Of a stretch of 64,000 nucleotides of DNA, positions 27,229-40,240 are shown piece after piece (positions within the stretch are counted from its first letter, which is position 1; each line of letters starts with the position of its first letter). Both the position numbers and the translations under genes were made by a program. The notes below the pieces were generated by a model. The model worked only from the letters and a program-made list of their open reading frames with translations, was not told where the DNA came from and searched no databases. This DNA comes from Octopus vulgaris. Taxonomy: Eukaryota. The stretch lies in the NCBI GenBank assembly GCA_951406725.2, contig OX597839.1, positions 26,846,001-26,910,000 of the forward strand, in the 5' to 3' direction.

Positions 27229-28375
27229 TTATTCATGAAAGTAAGTACCATTACAATTAACCCATTTTTGTTTATTCCGGTAACAAAAATTTGGAGTTCT
27301 GGATCTGATGAACTCTTTGAATGCACTTTCAGCATCGCATGAAACCATCAAGGTGCTTGAAAAAGTGGTAGTCGGTTGGAGAAAGGTCTGGGGAATAAGT
27401 TGGGTGAGGAAGAACTTCGTAGCCAAGATCCCTCAACTTCTGGAGCGTCATTAGTGAAACGTGTGGTCGAGTATTGTCATGAAGAATGATTGGCTCTCTT
27501 CTGTTGACCATTCTGGGACAGAGGAGTAACAGTTTTTCGTTCATTTTGACAATTTCATGGCAATATGTTTCTGCAGTAATGGTTTTTCTGGGATTTAAGA
27601 AGTTTGCAAAAGGGACATGAAGGCCTGCAACATCAATATTAGCGGTTGGGAGGCAGTTTCCGGCAACCGTGGAGATTGGCGACGTACCGTAAAAGAGGGA
27701 ATACAAAGGAGTGACAGAGAGAGAGAGGAGAAATGGAAAGACAAGAAAAGACGTCAACAAGAAACTATGACACTACAACCAGCCAGGAACAGTCTTCGCT
27801 ACATTTGCGGTACCTGCCAGAGGGAGTGTTTGTCCAGGATAGGACTACACAGCCACAGCAGGAAATGTATCAGGACATGAAATGTAAAAGCCGGACTAGA
27901 CTACTTCATGCGCAACTCCATTGTCTCCCGAGACAAAAAGGATGCCAACAACAAGAACTTATAGTGGATGAGTCCAGCAGTACACCACCAAACAGTCACC
28001 ATAACCTTTTTTTTTTAAGAGCTCGGGTTTAGGGAAGGTTTTCGGTGCTTCATTTTGGTCCAACCACTGCGAAGAACATGTTTTATTATTGTACCGCATC
28101 CGCTTTTCATCGGAAGTTACAATACGGTCGAGAAATGGATCGGTCTGGTTACGGAGAATAAGCTACGAGCAAATTTCATATCTGTGCATTTTCTGATTTT
28201 CATTCAAATCGTGTGGTACACATTTGTTGAGCTTTTTTGATTTTCCGATCGCATGCAAATGGTTGCAGGCAGTTTTCTGGCTAACATGAAGTTCTTTTGC
28301 CAGTTCTGGAGTGGTTTTACATGGACCATTCGGGATAACGGTTTTTAACTGACCGTCATCGACGACAGATGGTCA
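27229..28375 (-). pseudogene. Decayed mariner (DD34D) transposase, split by an RTE insertion
   Basis: Motifs on - strand: CVPHDL, FLDRIVTSDEK, KKVMVTVWW, KTITAETYC, ILHDNTRPH, HPTYSPDLSPTDYHFFKHL, KWVNCNGTYF; stops and frameshifts are present. Confidence 0.93.
27602..27952 (+). mobile_element. 5'-truncated RTE-clade LINE (ORF C-terminus plus 3' UTR)
   Basis: CKRDMKACNI...WE....NR..WRR.VKEG...YICGTCQRECLSRIGLHSHSRKC zinc-finger end; ends gatgccaacaac; aagaa is duplicated at 27597-27601 and 27953-27957. Confidence 0.88.
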
Positions 28376-28579
28376 GCAGCCGCTGACCGGTTGTGTTAAT
28401 CTTACTCCGACAATAGAGAGTAGTCGCCATATCCCCTTTCATGTCGGCAATCTCTGATGAGTGTAAAGTTATATAGTCGGATTGCTACCAAACACTCCTT
28501 TGTATTCTTCACACGAAATCAATTGAAAAAAATCAGCCGTGATGGATATTTATTACTATGCTTTTCGGATGGATGGATG

Positions 28580-28635
<56 letters not shown>

Positions 28636-28796
28636 CATACATATATACATAAAAACATACATACATACATACATAAAAACATACATACATAAATGCATAC
28701 ATACATACATACATACATACATACACACACACATACATACACACATACATACATACACACATACACACAAACATGCATACATACATATATGTGTAC

Positions 28797-28885
<89 letters not shown>

Positions 28886-28982
28886 CATACGTATACATAC
28901 ATACATACATACATATATATATATACATATATACATATGTATATATATAAAGTATGTATACGTATGTATAAATATATGTATG

Positions 28983-29042
<60 letters not shown>

Positions 29043-29139
29043 TGTGTGTGTGTGTGTATAATTGGTATAGATGGCGTCATTCGTTGTTGTTGATAGTTAT
29101 GTTGATAACTTTCGTGACAGCAATGTCTATGACAATAGA

Positions 29140-29193
<54 letters not shown>

Positions 29194-29824
29194 GATGTTG
29201 ACTATACTGAAAGGCTTGAATTATTACCAATCCTCTCTTTACGACTCTTAAACCTCGTCCATTGTCTAGATTTTGACATCAAAACACTAGTCTTGAATGT
29301 GTGTGTGTGCGTGTGTGTGTGTGTGTATATGAATATGTTCTTCTATTTTCAATTGTCAGCTGTCTTCCTGTAAGGAAATGGCTTCTTTCTTGCACAGATA
29401 CAAGGCCCCATCGCTGGAATGTAAACAACAAAAACAGTATCACGTTTTGAACTTATCCTCAGCGTAGTTCTCACGGACACTCCATATGATATAAAAAATG
29501 TGACGAGGTCGACCCTTTCAAGTGCAAAAACAACACGTGTATGCCAGCTGAGTGAGGCTGGAACAACGTGGACAGAACGCGGCGCCGGGAATCGAACTCA
29601 GAACCAAAAAACCCCACCACAAAGCCATGCGCCTTTACTCTGCTACTTAATTCTTTCACCCCCCCCCCCCCAATCGTCTCCTCCTATGGCTCAGTTAACT
29701 CTAATCAGATCAGCTGTCCTGTTGTCTTCGATAAAAAACATTCACGCTAATATCGAACGGCAAGAAAGAGTGCTCAACACCGCATTGGTGTAACAATATT
29801 CTTCAGTTGTGGGTTAAACGGGGC

Positions 29825-29982
29825 TACCATTGGTTTCGTGCCGAGGAAAAATTTGTCTGCAGTTATCAATCACGTGACATGGAACGTCGATACTCGTCTC
29901 CAAGATGGAGACGCGTATCAATTCTCCATATGGCAGGTTTGATAATTACTGAGAAATTTTTCTCGGCATGAAACCAATGGTA
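29825..29982. mobile_element. 158-bp fold-back MITE
   Basis: taccattggtttcgtgccgaggaaaaattt / aaatttttctcggcatgaaaccaatggta termini plus inner arms gatactcgtctcc / ggagacgcgtatc. Confidence 0.85.
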
Positions 29983-30086
29983 TCCTACTCAATTCCAAAA
30001 TGAAGGATATGTGTGTGGGGGTATGTGTGAGTGTATGTATATGTATGTATATATATTTGTATGTATGCGTATACATATATCTATAC

Positions 30087-30152
<66 letters not shown>

Positions 30153-30254
30153 ATGTGTGCGTCTTCTTTCCTTCTTTCCTGAGCGTTCAATAATACTATA
30201 TTTGTTCCACGTCCTCGCGTTGTTGTGTTTTTTTGTGCTTTCTTGTTTGGATTA

Positions 30255-30318
<64 letters not shown>

Positions 30319-30397
30319 TTCAGATGAATATGGTACTTAAGTTAAAGGCTCCAGAATTTAGTATGGTATTATCCATATAATTTAAAATAAGGTGATT

Positions 30398-30606
30398 ATA
30401 ATCAAAATAAGCAACAAGGATATCCAGAGGTAATGTAGTACGATCGTTTCATGCAACTCCATTTAACTGAACAATGCAAACATTACATCAATTTAATTAC
30501 ATCAATTACATTTTAAATTGATGCAATGATTGGATTGTTCAATTAAATGGAGTCGCATCAAACGATCGTACTGCATTACCTCTGGATATCCTTGTTGCTT
30601 ATTTTG

Positions 30607-30611
<5 letters not shown>
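30398..30611. repeat. Fold-back inverted repeat (~100-bp arms) between (TA)n tracts
   Basis: ataatcaaaataagcaacaaggatatccagaggtaatg... vs ...cattacctctggatatccttgttgcttattttgattat. Confidence 0.9.
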
Positions 30612-30657
<46 letters not shown>

Positions 30658-30666
30658 TCATTCATC

Positions 30667-30706
<40 letters not shown>

Positions 30707-30940
30707 TATATATATTGAGAATTTATAGATTCAAGTAATCCGGTGGTACTCATAACAAAATCTCCTTAATGTATCATTTTACAAACCCCCATAGAATATG
30801 CAGTAAGATACGAAACAAAAGGGTAAGGAATGTAAAAAATATACAATGATAAAATTTTAGCAACAATTGTTTCTCGGCTTAATAAATATGTATAAATAAT
30901 TTATTGTATTAGATTTAATACCAAATACAAACAATACCAG

Positions 30941-31082
30941 TTGCAGCGTGGAAGGTGTTTATAAGCCATTTAAAAACACACAAAAACCGTTAGATTCACT
31001 TCAACATTTAAATTTAAATGAAGTGAATCTAAAGGCCTTAGTGTATGTTTTTAAATGGCTTATAAAACCTACCACGCTGCAA
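30941..31082. repeat. Fold-back inverted repeat (~65-bp arms)
   Basis: ttgcagcgtggaaggtgtttataagccatttaaaaaca..ttagattcacttca vs tgaagtgaatctaa..tgtttttaaatggcttataaaacctaccacgctgcaa. Confidence 0.88.
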
Positions 31083-31322
31083 TTGTTTTTGTTTCAGCAC
31101 AAGATCTCAGATCAGGTCACTTGCTATGTAAGTACGTCTTCGTAATAATAATAAATAATAAATCATTTACATGTCCGTATTAATATATATGGAATTTTAA
31201 AATTAATGCAAATATTAAGCTTGCAAATCGACTTTAAAAATTCCATATGTGTGTGTGTGTATGTGTGTGTGTATGTGTGTGTGTGTGTGAGTGTGTGTGT
31301 GTATGTGTGTGTGTATGTGTGT

Positions 31323-31367
<45 letters not shown>

Positions 31368-31387
31368 GTTTTTCCTTTCGTCAATAT

Positions 31388-31560
31388 ATGATGCACCTGG
31401 ACACATCATCAGGGATGTTTTCTGGGGTCATCAGGTATTTTCAGGTCTTTCAACATCAGACACCCTCACCCACCTAACCCCACTCTGGGTTGATCAGATC
31501 CCCAACTTGTATCTTGTTAGCCAGTTAGCACTACCCCTGGCAGCACAGACCCTTATCCAT
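31388..31560 (-). mobile_element. HERO-like LINE 3' end
   Basis: On - strand ctgatcaaccc...gggtgagggtgtctgatgttgaaagacctgaaa..cctgatgacc..catccctgatgatgtgtcc, resembling from memory the 3' UTR of HERO non-LTR elements. Confidence 0.6.
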
Positions 31561-31592
31561 ACGTCCATACGTCCATACATACATACATACAT

Positions 31593-31623
<31 letters not shown>

Positions 31624-32604
31624 TACATACACATACACACATACATACATACACACATACATACATACATAAATACATACACACACACACACATACACAC
31701 ACACACACATACATACACACATACATACATACATAAATACATACATGCACACATATATACATACATACATTCATACATACATACATACACACACACATAC
31801 ATACATACATACATACATAAATACATACATACACACATACATACATACATAAATACATACATACACACACATATATATAGATAAATACATGCATACATAC
31901 ACTCAAGTATACACATATGCATACATACACACACATACATACATACATACATACATACATACATACATACATACATACATACACACATACATATACACAT
32001 ACATACACACATACATACATACATACACACATACATATACACATACATACACACATACATATACACATACATACACACATACATACATACATACATACAT
32101 ACATACATACATACACACACACAGCCAGTGGATGTCACGCCTCGTTTGACTGTTTGATGTCGAGGGGGTGGGGCTGGGGGTGGGGGGGTAAGCGCAGGCA
32201 GCGTGTCCAGGTCTCGGGTTTCTTTGTAACGACAATGACATCCGAAGTGATTACAAGGGAAGACGTGGTGGTGGTGGTGGTGGTCTTTGTGATGGTGAAG
32301 GTGGCGACGGTGGTGACACCGGTGCCGCTGGCTGAGTTTTGCGGTTTTGATGGTAATTTGCGTCTGATCGAGGTAATGAAGCGTCCTGGAGACACCATCG
32401 TGGTCGTCACCATCACCATCATCGCCTCCTCCACCACCACAACCACCACCATCATCATCATCACCGTCGTGGTGGTCGTCACCAACACCACCGCCGCCGC
32501 CATCATTATCATCCTCTTCATAATCACCACCATCATCATCATTTTCATCATCTTCATAACCACCACCACCACCATCTACGGGGCAATTCGTTTCGCCAAG
32601 TTTT

Positions 32605-32668
32605 GAAGCCTTGTGAGTGGATTTGGTAGACGGAAACTGAAAGAAGCCCGTCGTATATATGTGTATAT

Positions 32669-32743
<75 letters not shown>

Positions 32744-32807
32744 TATATATATATATATATGGGACGTAAACACATAAACATCGGTTGTCAAGCGATGGTA
32801 GCACACA

Positions 32808-32839
<32 letters not shown>

Positions 32840-32998
32840 CGACGAGCTTCTTTCAGTTTCCGTCTGCGAAATCCATTCACACGGCTCTTGGTCGGCCCGA
32901 GAATATATTACAAGACACTTGCCCAAGGTGCCACGCAATGGGACTGAACCCGGAACCATGCGGTTGGTAAGCAAGTTATTTACCACACTGGCACTCCT
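32605..32998. mobile_element. Two SINE A pieces in opposite orientation around a (TA)n tract
   Basis: 32605-32655 is + strand and 32760-32998 is - strand; both contain the gtggattt..agacggaaactgaaagaagc segment. Confidence 0.8.
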
Positions 32999-33490
32999 GT
33001 GGGCGCGCACACACACACGCACACACCTGCATACGCACGCTCGCGCACACACTCACACGCACGCGTGCACACACATACACACATATGGTTGCACGCACAC
33101 ATACGCACGCGCGCACACACACTCACACGCACTCGTGTGCACACACACACACATTTTATATTTACCGTAGAGTTCATAATTTCTACTCAACAGTTGTTTC
33201 ATCAAGATAAACATCATTAAATATATAATTGCATAATTGTGACACGTTGCATCTGTTAGTCGTGACTGATTTAGCTCTGAACTAGCGTGGATTACTATTT
33301 CATGTTTATACAGCAAATCACTATATATAATATAACCCTTCAGCTATTGAATGCTATTTTGGGGGCCTGCACTCACCTATAGTGTTGATTCTGTTATTGT
33401 AATTTTTTAATTGTTACACTAGATAATAATAGAGACAATGATATCTCCGCAAATTATTTTCTCGTGAATTATTTGCTCCGTATATATATA

Positions 33491-33791
33491 TCCTCCAGCT
33501 GGCTATAGACACACTATCTGTGTCGACAACCATGATTGTCACACGCTGATGAGAGGTAAACATCTTGAAACTCGAGTCCGTGTGTATCATGAGTTCAAGA
33601 CGGGGAGGACGACTTCCCTTCACAAATACTGAGAGGACACAGATAGTGTGTCTATAGCCAGCTGGAGGAGATATATTCCTGGGGCTACAAACTACAGTAG
33701 CATCCACCCTTAGGGGTTAGCCATATTCAAATGGCAAATATGCGTCACGATGTGTTACCGCTACTGTTTATAACTCGCTCTGAGATTTATC

Positions 33792-33795
<4 letters not shown>
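33491..33795 (+). mobile_element. Hammerhead-carrying short element (Penelope pLTR or retrozyme-like) between (TA)n tracts
   Basis: (TA)n on both sides; 34-bp perfect inverted repeat 33491-33524/33636-33669; its 3' end recurs inverted at 22222-22275 and 50177-50245. Confidence 0.75.
33531..33591 (+). ncRNA. Minimal type I hammerhead ribozyme, core intact, predicted cleavage after C33578 (GUC)
   Basis: Stem I CACACG/CGTGTG extended by CATGAT/ATCATG; core CTGATGA; stem II GAGGT-aaac-ATCTT; GAAA; stem III AC-TCGA-GT (palindrome ACTCGAGT); GTC triplet. Confidence 0.88.
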
Positions 33796-33865
<70 letters not shown>

Positions 33866-33868
<3 letters not shown>

Positions 33869-34105
33869 GGACAAGAACGCAAAACATCCAAATAGACGAT
33901 ACAAAAAACACGGACGGGTCATTCAAAGCTTTTAATCTTCAGTCAAGAACCGGATCATCCTCGCAATTTCGGCTGATTAATCTTGCCGAAATTGCGAGGA
34001 TGATCCGGTTCTTGACTGAAGATTAAAAGCTTCGAATGATCCGATCCATCCGTGTTTTTTGTATCGTCTATTTGGATGATTTGCATTCTTGTCCTATTTT
34101 GTATT
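33866..34105. repeat. Fold-back inverted repeat (~105-bp arms, 11-nt spacer) in (TA)n
   Basis: ...cttcagtcaagaaccggatcatcctcgcaatttcggc-tgattaatctt-gccgaaattgcgaggatgatccggttcttgactgaag... Confidence 0.93.
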
Positions 34106-34173
34106 TTTTATATATATATGTTTAGCGGCGTACGTACACTTTGTTCTCTTATATATACATATATATCTGTCTG

Positions 34174-34245
<72 letters not shown>

Positions 34246-34784
34246 TATGGGTGGTTCATTAGCAATTTAACAACCCAAAGGTAAAGTGACAGAGGGTACT
34301 ATGTGGCACCGGCATTGCTAGAAATAAAGAAGATGTAGTACATATAAAGTATTAGCAGACGCTCAGGGAAGGAAAGAAAGGTGGTTTTAAGTTTCGAGCA
34401 GACGCTCTTCTTCAAAAACAGGTGACAAAGGAAAGTTTGATAGCAAAGGAAGACGGAGGAAAAGAAATCGCCAACGATTATTATGTGGTTACATATATAC
34501 ACACCCGTACACACACGCATATTGTACGAGGGAGAAAGAGAGAGAGAGTGTTATTGCTGGTGTTGCTGTTACAGTTGCCGATGTTGTTACTTTTGTTGCT
34601 GACACGGGTGGACCTGTTTCTATTACTCTCGTTGCTACAGTTCTTACCGGCTGTTTTGGTTATTGCTGTTGCAGTTTTTGTTCCCACTGCAGTAGTCGTT
34701 GTCACGCTGCCTAATTTAGTTTCCTTTTATTTTGCAACACATCATTGCGTCCATCTTAGAACCCACTCCGTTATTATTATCTAA

Positions 34785-34995
34785 GCTGGCAGAAACGTTA
34801 GCACGCCGGACAACATGCTTAGCGGTATTTCGCCCGTCTTTACGTTCTGAGTTCAAACTCCGCCGAGGGCGACTTTGCCTTTCATCCTTTCGAGGGTCGA
34901 TAAATTAAAGTACCAGTTACGCACTGGGGTCGATGTAATCGACTAGTCCCATCCCCTAAATTTCAAGCCTTGTGCCTTTAGTAGAAAGGATTATT
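34785..34995 (+). mobile_element. SINE family B
   Basis: gctggcagaaacgttagcacgccgg...gtgcctttagtagaaaggattatt. Confidence 0.88.
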
Positions 34996-35028
34996 GTAAC
35001 CCAGATTGTATTATTATTATTATTATTA

Positions 35029-35078
<50 letters not shown>

Positions 35079-35545
35079 GAGTGAGAGAGCAGTTCATGCC
35101 ATCAAAGTGACACTGGTGTAAAATATACGAAGCCCAGTATACCCATCATGACTACCCGTCTGATAAGGGTACACCAGGCACATGCATCACAACCATATGT
35201 GTGCGACATGGTGATCTCATATCAAGATAAACAGCACATGACCTTGCAGGTGGGGCCCAGCTAGAATTTTCTTCTGGTCGAGTAACCCATCCCGCTCAAA
35301 AGGTCCCTGAATAAGGTTTGTTTAAGGATGTTGAACGAAACACCCATGTTTCCAGAGGTGAATTATTCAAACCCCAAAGAATCCCTCTCAACACATGGCT
35401 ATGATGCTCCCCCACTACTTCTGCTCGTGATCAGAGATGCACATATCGTCAGCCACTAAGGGACATGCTCAACTGGTTAAGGTCAAACAACTGACAAGCA
35501 AATCTGTGGTATTGAGCAGAATATTTGCTGTAGCCCATCTTTTAT
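35079..35545 (-). mobile_element. LINE 3' region (possibly HERO-like) inserted in (TTA)n
   Basis: Complex sequence flanked by (TTA)n on both sides; its 3' end is shared with 13890-13990. Clade assignment is tentative. Confidence 0.6.
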
Positions 35546-35554
35546 ACCAATTAC

Positions 35555-35608
<54 letters not shown>

Positions 35609-35730
35609 ATTGTTATCTTGGATTTTTACACGGACTTTACAAACGGACTTTTTGTAATTTTCGTCCTGTATTTTGTCCTTACAAGTTTTATCTGATTTTT
35701 GATAGCCCTTGTGACCAATAAACGAGAAAA

Positions 35731-35781
<51 letters not shown>

Positions 35782-35972
35782 GTTGTTGTTGTTGTTATCT
35801 AATCACCACCGCCACCACCACTTTAAACATTATAATCTTTCAGGCTCAATTTTTTGTCCTCCTCATCCTCCTCATCCTCCTACTCCTTCTCCCGCTCCTC
35901 TTCTCCGCCGTTGTTGTTGCAGCTGCTGTTGTCGATGCAGTTGTTGTTGTTATTATTATTATTATTATTATC

Positions 35973-36109
<137 letters not shown>

Positions 36110-36502
36110 CATTATTATTATCATTTACTATTATTATTATCGTCATTATTATTTTACAATTGCGCTGACCCTAATAGCCTCGCAAGATAATAGAAATGCA
36201 AATTGCGATGAAGAATGGTGAAGAGGGTCGTGTGTGTGTGTGTGTGTGTGTGTAGGAGGAGGTCAGTGCGGGGTGGGCTGACGGCAGGGATGGTCGGTGA
36301 TTGGTGTCCAGTAACTGTTGCTATCGGTGTGCCATTTCCTAATAGGGACAACTCGCGTGAGGGAAGGGACAAGCCCTTCCTAATGGCCATGTTTTAATTG
36401 GTGATTCACTTCCTTTCGCCTGAGCTTGTATTGTGTTGGGTTGTGCTGACATAAACACACACACACACACACACACACACGCAACAACAAGTGCACATAA
36501 GC

Positions 36503-36598
<96 letters not shown>

Positions 36599-36692
36599 CA
36601 TACATATATATATATATATATTTATAGGTATATATATGTATATATATGTGTATATATATGTATATATATGTATATATATATGTATATACATG

Positions 36693-36830
<138 letters not shown>

Positions 36831-36949
36831 ATATAATATAATGTAACATGATGTAATGAAATACAATATATCTCAATATAGAGATATACATATCGAATAA
36901 CTTTTCATAGAGCTTATTTCTCTCTCTCTGTATATACCATACACATGTA

Positions 36950-37105
36950 TGTAGATTAAGAGTAACATCTAAAATGTTTGCCACTTTAGTGTCAGTTTCG
37001 AATGAGATATTAAGATCAAAATTTTTGAAGAATTTATGCAATGCCTTTTTTTTTTTTGCTCAACCGATTGAAGAGGGAGACCATTTACTGATTCGGCCTA
37101 AACCA
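36950..37105 (-). pseudogene. Penelope-like reverse transcriptase fragment
   Basis: [30 protein letters not shown] resembles the PLE RT segment F...GL.ITIE.N.K.VNFLDVTLNL. Confidence 0.75.
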
Positions 37106-37194
37106 GATTTTGTGGGGCATATTAGCCGAATTGAAAGTTTTGAATGAATCTTAGCTTATGGTCTTTTAAGATGAAATGTCAAGTCATAAGCCTG

Positions 37195-37310
37195 GTTTGA
37201 TCGTAAGTGTGATTTGATCGTGTGATTTGATCGTAAGTGTACTTTGATCATAAGTGTAGTTTGATCGTAAGTGTGGTTTGATTGTAAGTCTGATTCGATC
37301 ATAAGTTTCA
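37195..37310. repeat. ~17-bp tandem repeat (tttgatcgtaagtgtga), ~7 copies
   Basis: Direct reading. Confidence 0.8.
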
Positions 37311-37758
37311 TAATACTGGTTCAATCACAGGTTTGGCTTCATCATAAGTTTGTTCAAAAAGCACTGCCATTCACATTAAGCAACAACAACAACAGCAGCA
37401 GCAGCAGTGGCAGCGGCAGCAGCAGTGGCAGTGGCAGCAGTGGTAGCAGAACTGGCAACAACGGGTGTCAGTTGCTGATACATAGACCAGGTCTGTCTTC
37501 TATAAAGTATTCTCTCTGCTCGGAGTTGGGTGGAAAACCTTTGAGAGTATTTATAGATAAATGAACTGGACCCGGGCTTCTAGCACAAATGCCGACAGCT
37601 TGTGCTGTAACAACAGATCTGTGGTCTTGGGTTCAGTCCTACTGTGCGATATCTTGGCGAAGTCTCTTCTAGTATAGCCACGAACCGACCCATGATTACT
37701 GAGCAGATTTGATAGACAGAAACGTCATTAATTAATTAATTAATTGATTAATTAAATA

Positions 37759-37838
<80 letters not shown>

Positions 37839-37847
37839 CAGCAGTGA

Positions 37848-38120
37848 AGGCGTAGCTGTGTGGTAAAAAGATTACTTTCCAACTATATGGTTCCAGGTTC
37901 AGTCCCACTTGGACAGCCGGTGTTGGTATGTATACGTCCCCATAACCCAGCTATTCGACAAAAGGAAACCGATAGAATAAGGACCAGACTTATAAATAAG
38001 TATTGAGGTCGATTTATCCGGAGAAAAAAAAGGAGGAAAAAACCAAAGAGCAAAAATCCAGCTTTTAAGGCGGTGCCCCAGTTTGGCCGCAATCCAATAA
38101 CTAAAACAAGTGAACAGTAA
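37848..38120 (+). mobile_element. SINE family A, diverged and internally deleted (a further head fragment at ~37590-37725)
   Basis: gctgtgtggtaa...ggttcagtcccact joined directly to ccggtgttggt...accgatagaataag...ggccgcaatc. Confidence 0.7.
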
Positions 38121-38220
38121 ATAGATAAAGATATACACAGACATGCACACACATGTATACACCTGCTCTATATACACATAGGCGCATAAACACACTTGTT
38201 ATTCGCCAATACCGTAAGAC

Positions 38221-38309
<89 letters not shown>

Positions 38310-38310
38310 C

Positions 38311-38373
<63 letters not shown>

Positions 38374-38379
38374 CCTACA

Positions 38380-38497
<118 letters not shown>

Positions 38498-38625
38498 CCT
38501 ATCTATCTATCTATCTATCTATCTATCGAGCTATCTATCGAGCTATCTATCTACACACACACACACACATATATATATTGTACACACACACATACACATA
38601 TATTATATACACGCACACACACACA

Positions 38626-38663
<38 letters not shown>

Positions 38664-38851
38664 CACAGTCATACAACCAAAAGTACTTAAGCACATATAC
38701 ATACACATATATACATATGCACATATACATGCGTGTATATATATGTATATATATATATATAGATATAACATGCATACTTTATAACACACACACACACACA
38801 CATAGACACTATACACACATGTTCATATATATATATATTCTTTCTTTTTTT

Positions 38852-39053
38852 CTTTTACTTGTTTCAGTCATTTGACTGCGGCCATGCTGGAGCACCGCCT
38901 TTAATCGAGCAACTCGATCCCGGTACTTATTCTTTTGTAAGTCCAGTACTTATTCTATCGGTCTCTTTTGACGAACCGCTAAGTAAGGGGGACATAAACA
39001 CACCAGCATCGGTTGTCAAGCAATGCTAGGGGGACAAACACAAACACTCAAAA

Positions 39054-39102
<49 letters not shown>

Positions 39103-39262
39103 TACGACGGGCTTCTTTCAGTTTCCGTCTACCAAATCCACTCACAAGGCTTTGGTCGGCCCGAGGCTATAGTAGAAGACGCTTGCCCAAGGTGCAACGC
39201 AGTGGGACTGAACCCGGAACCATGTGGTTGGTAAGCAAGCTACTTACCACACAGCCACTCCA
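38852..39262 (-). mobile_element. SINE family A, full length
   Basis: Head to tail match. Confidence 0.92.
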
Positions 39263-39570
39263 GTATACACACACACACACGCACACAGACAGACAGACAG
39301 ACACACACACACACACATTAAACAAAGGTTTGCCAAGGATGATGTAACAGCATAAAGTGCTTCTCTTTGAACAATTTGCTGCGTGCTTTTTATTGACTAA
39401 TCTATTAAGAGTCTGCCGTATATACACCCACCCGTCTATATACATACACACACCCCTTCAGACTATAGTTCTCAGGGCCGTCTGGCGTACCTAGACCTTC
39501 TTTTTTTTCGTCTATCCGCCCGTCTATCCATACCCTCCCTACACACAAATATATTCTTCATTACTCACAT

Positions 39571-39674
<104 letters not shown>

Positions 39675-39842
39675 TACTTATTTGATGTAAATACAACGAA
39701 GTGTTTCTCTGTAAACGGAATGGTAAAAAGTGAACTTGGCCATTTTTCTTTCGCGAGAATTGGTGCGACGCGACACGGAAATAGAATGAACCCGTTTCCG
39801 ACCCGTAACAGGAAGAACAGCAAAACACCTGCTACTACTACT

Positions 39843-40238
39843 AGAAGAAGAAGAAAAAGAAATTGAAGAAGAAGACGTTGAAGAAGGAGAAGAAGAAGAA
39901 GAAGAAGAAGAAGAAGAAGAAGAAGAAGAAGAAGAAGGAGAAGAAGAAAAGAAGAAAAAGAAGTAGAAGAAGAGGAGGAAGAGGAGGAAGAGGAAGAAGA
40001 AGAAGACGTTGAAGAAGAAGAAGAAGAAGAAGAAGAAGAAAAGAAGAAAAAGAAGAAGTAGAAGAAGAAGAGGAGGAAGAGGAGGAAGAAGTTGAAGAAG
40101 AAGAAGAAGAAGAAGAAAAAAGAAGAAAAAGAAGTAGAAGAAGAAGAAGAAGAAGAAGAAGAAGAAGAAGAAGAAGAAGAAGAAGAAGAAGAAGAAGAAG
40201 AAGAAGAAGAAGAAGAAGAAGAAGAAGAAGAAGAAGAA
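39843..40238. repeat. ~400-bp (GAA)n-rich purine tract
   Basis: Direct reading. Confidence 0.95.
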
Positions 40239-40240
40239 CT

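Noticed and set aside
31494-32804. Longest ORF (436 aa)
   Set aside because: A chimera of SINE pieces, trinucleotide and TACA repeats and a LINE 3' end.
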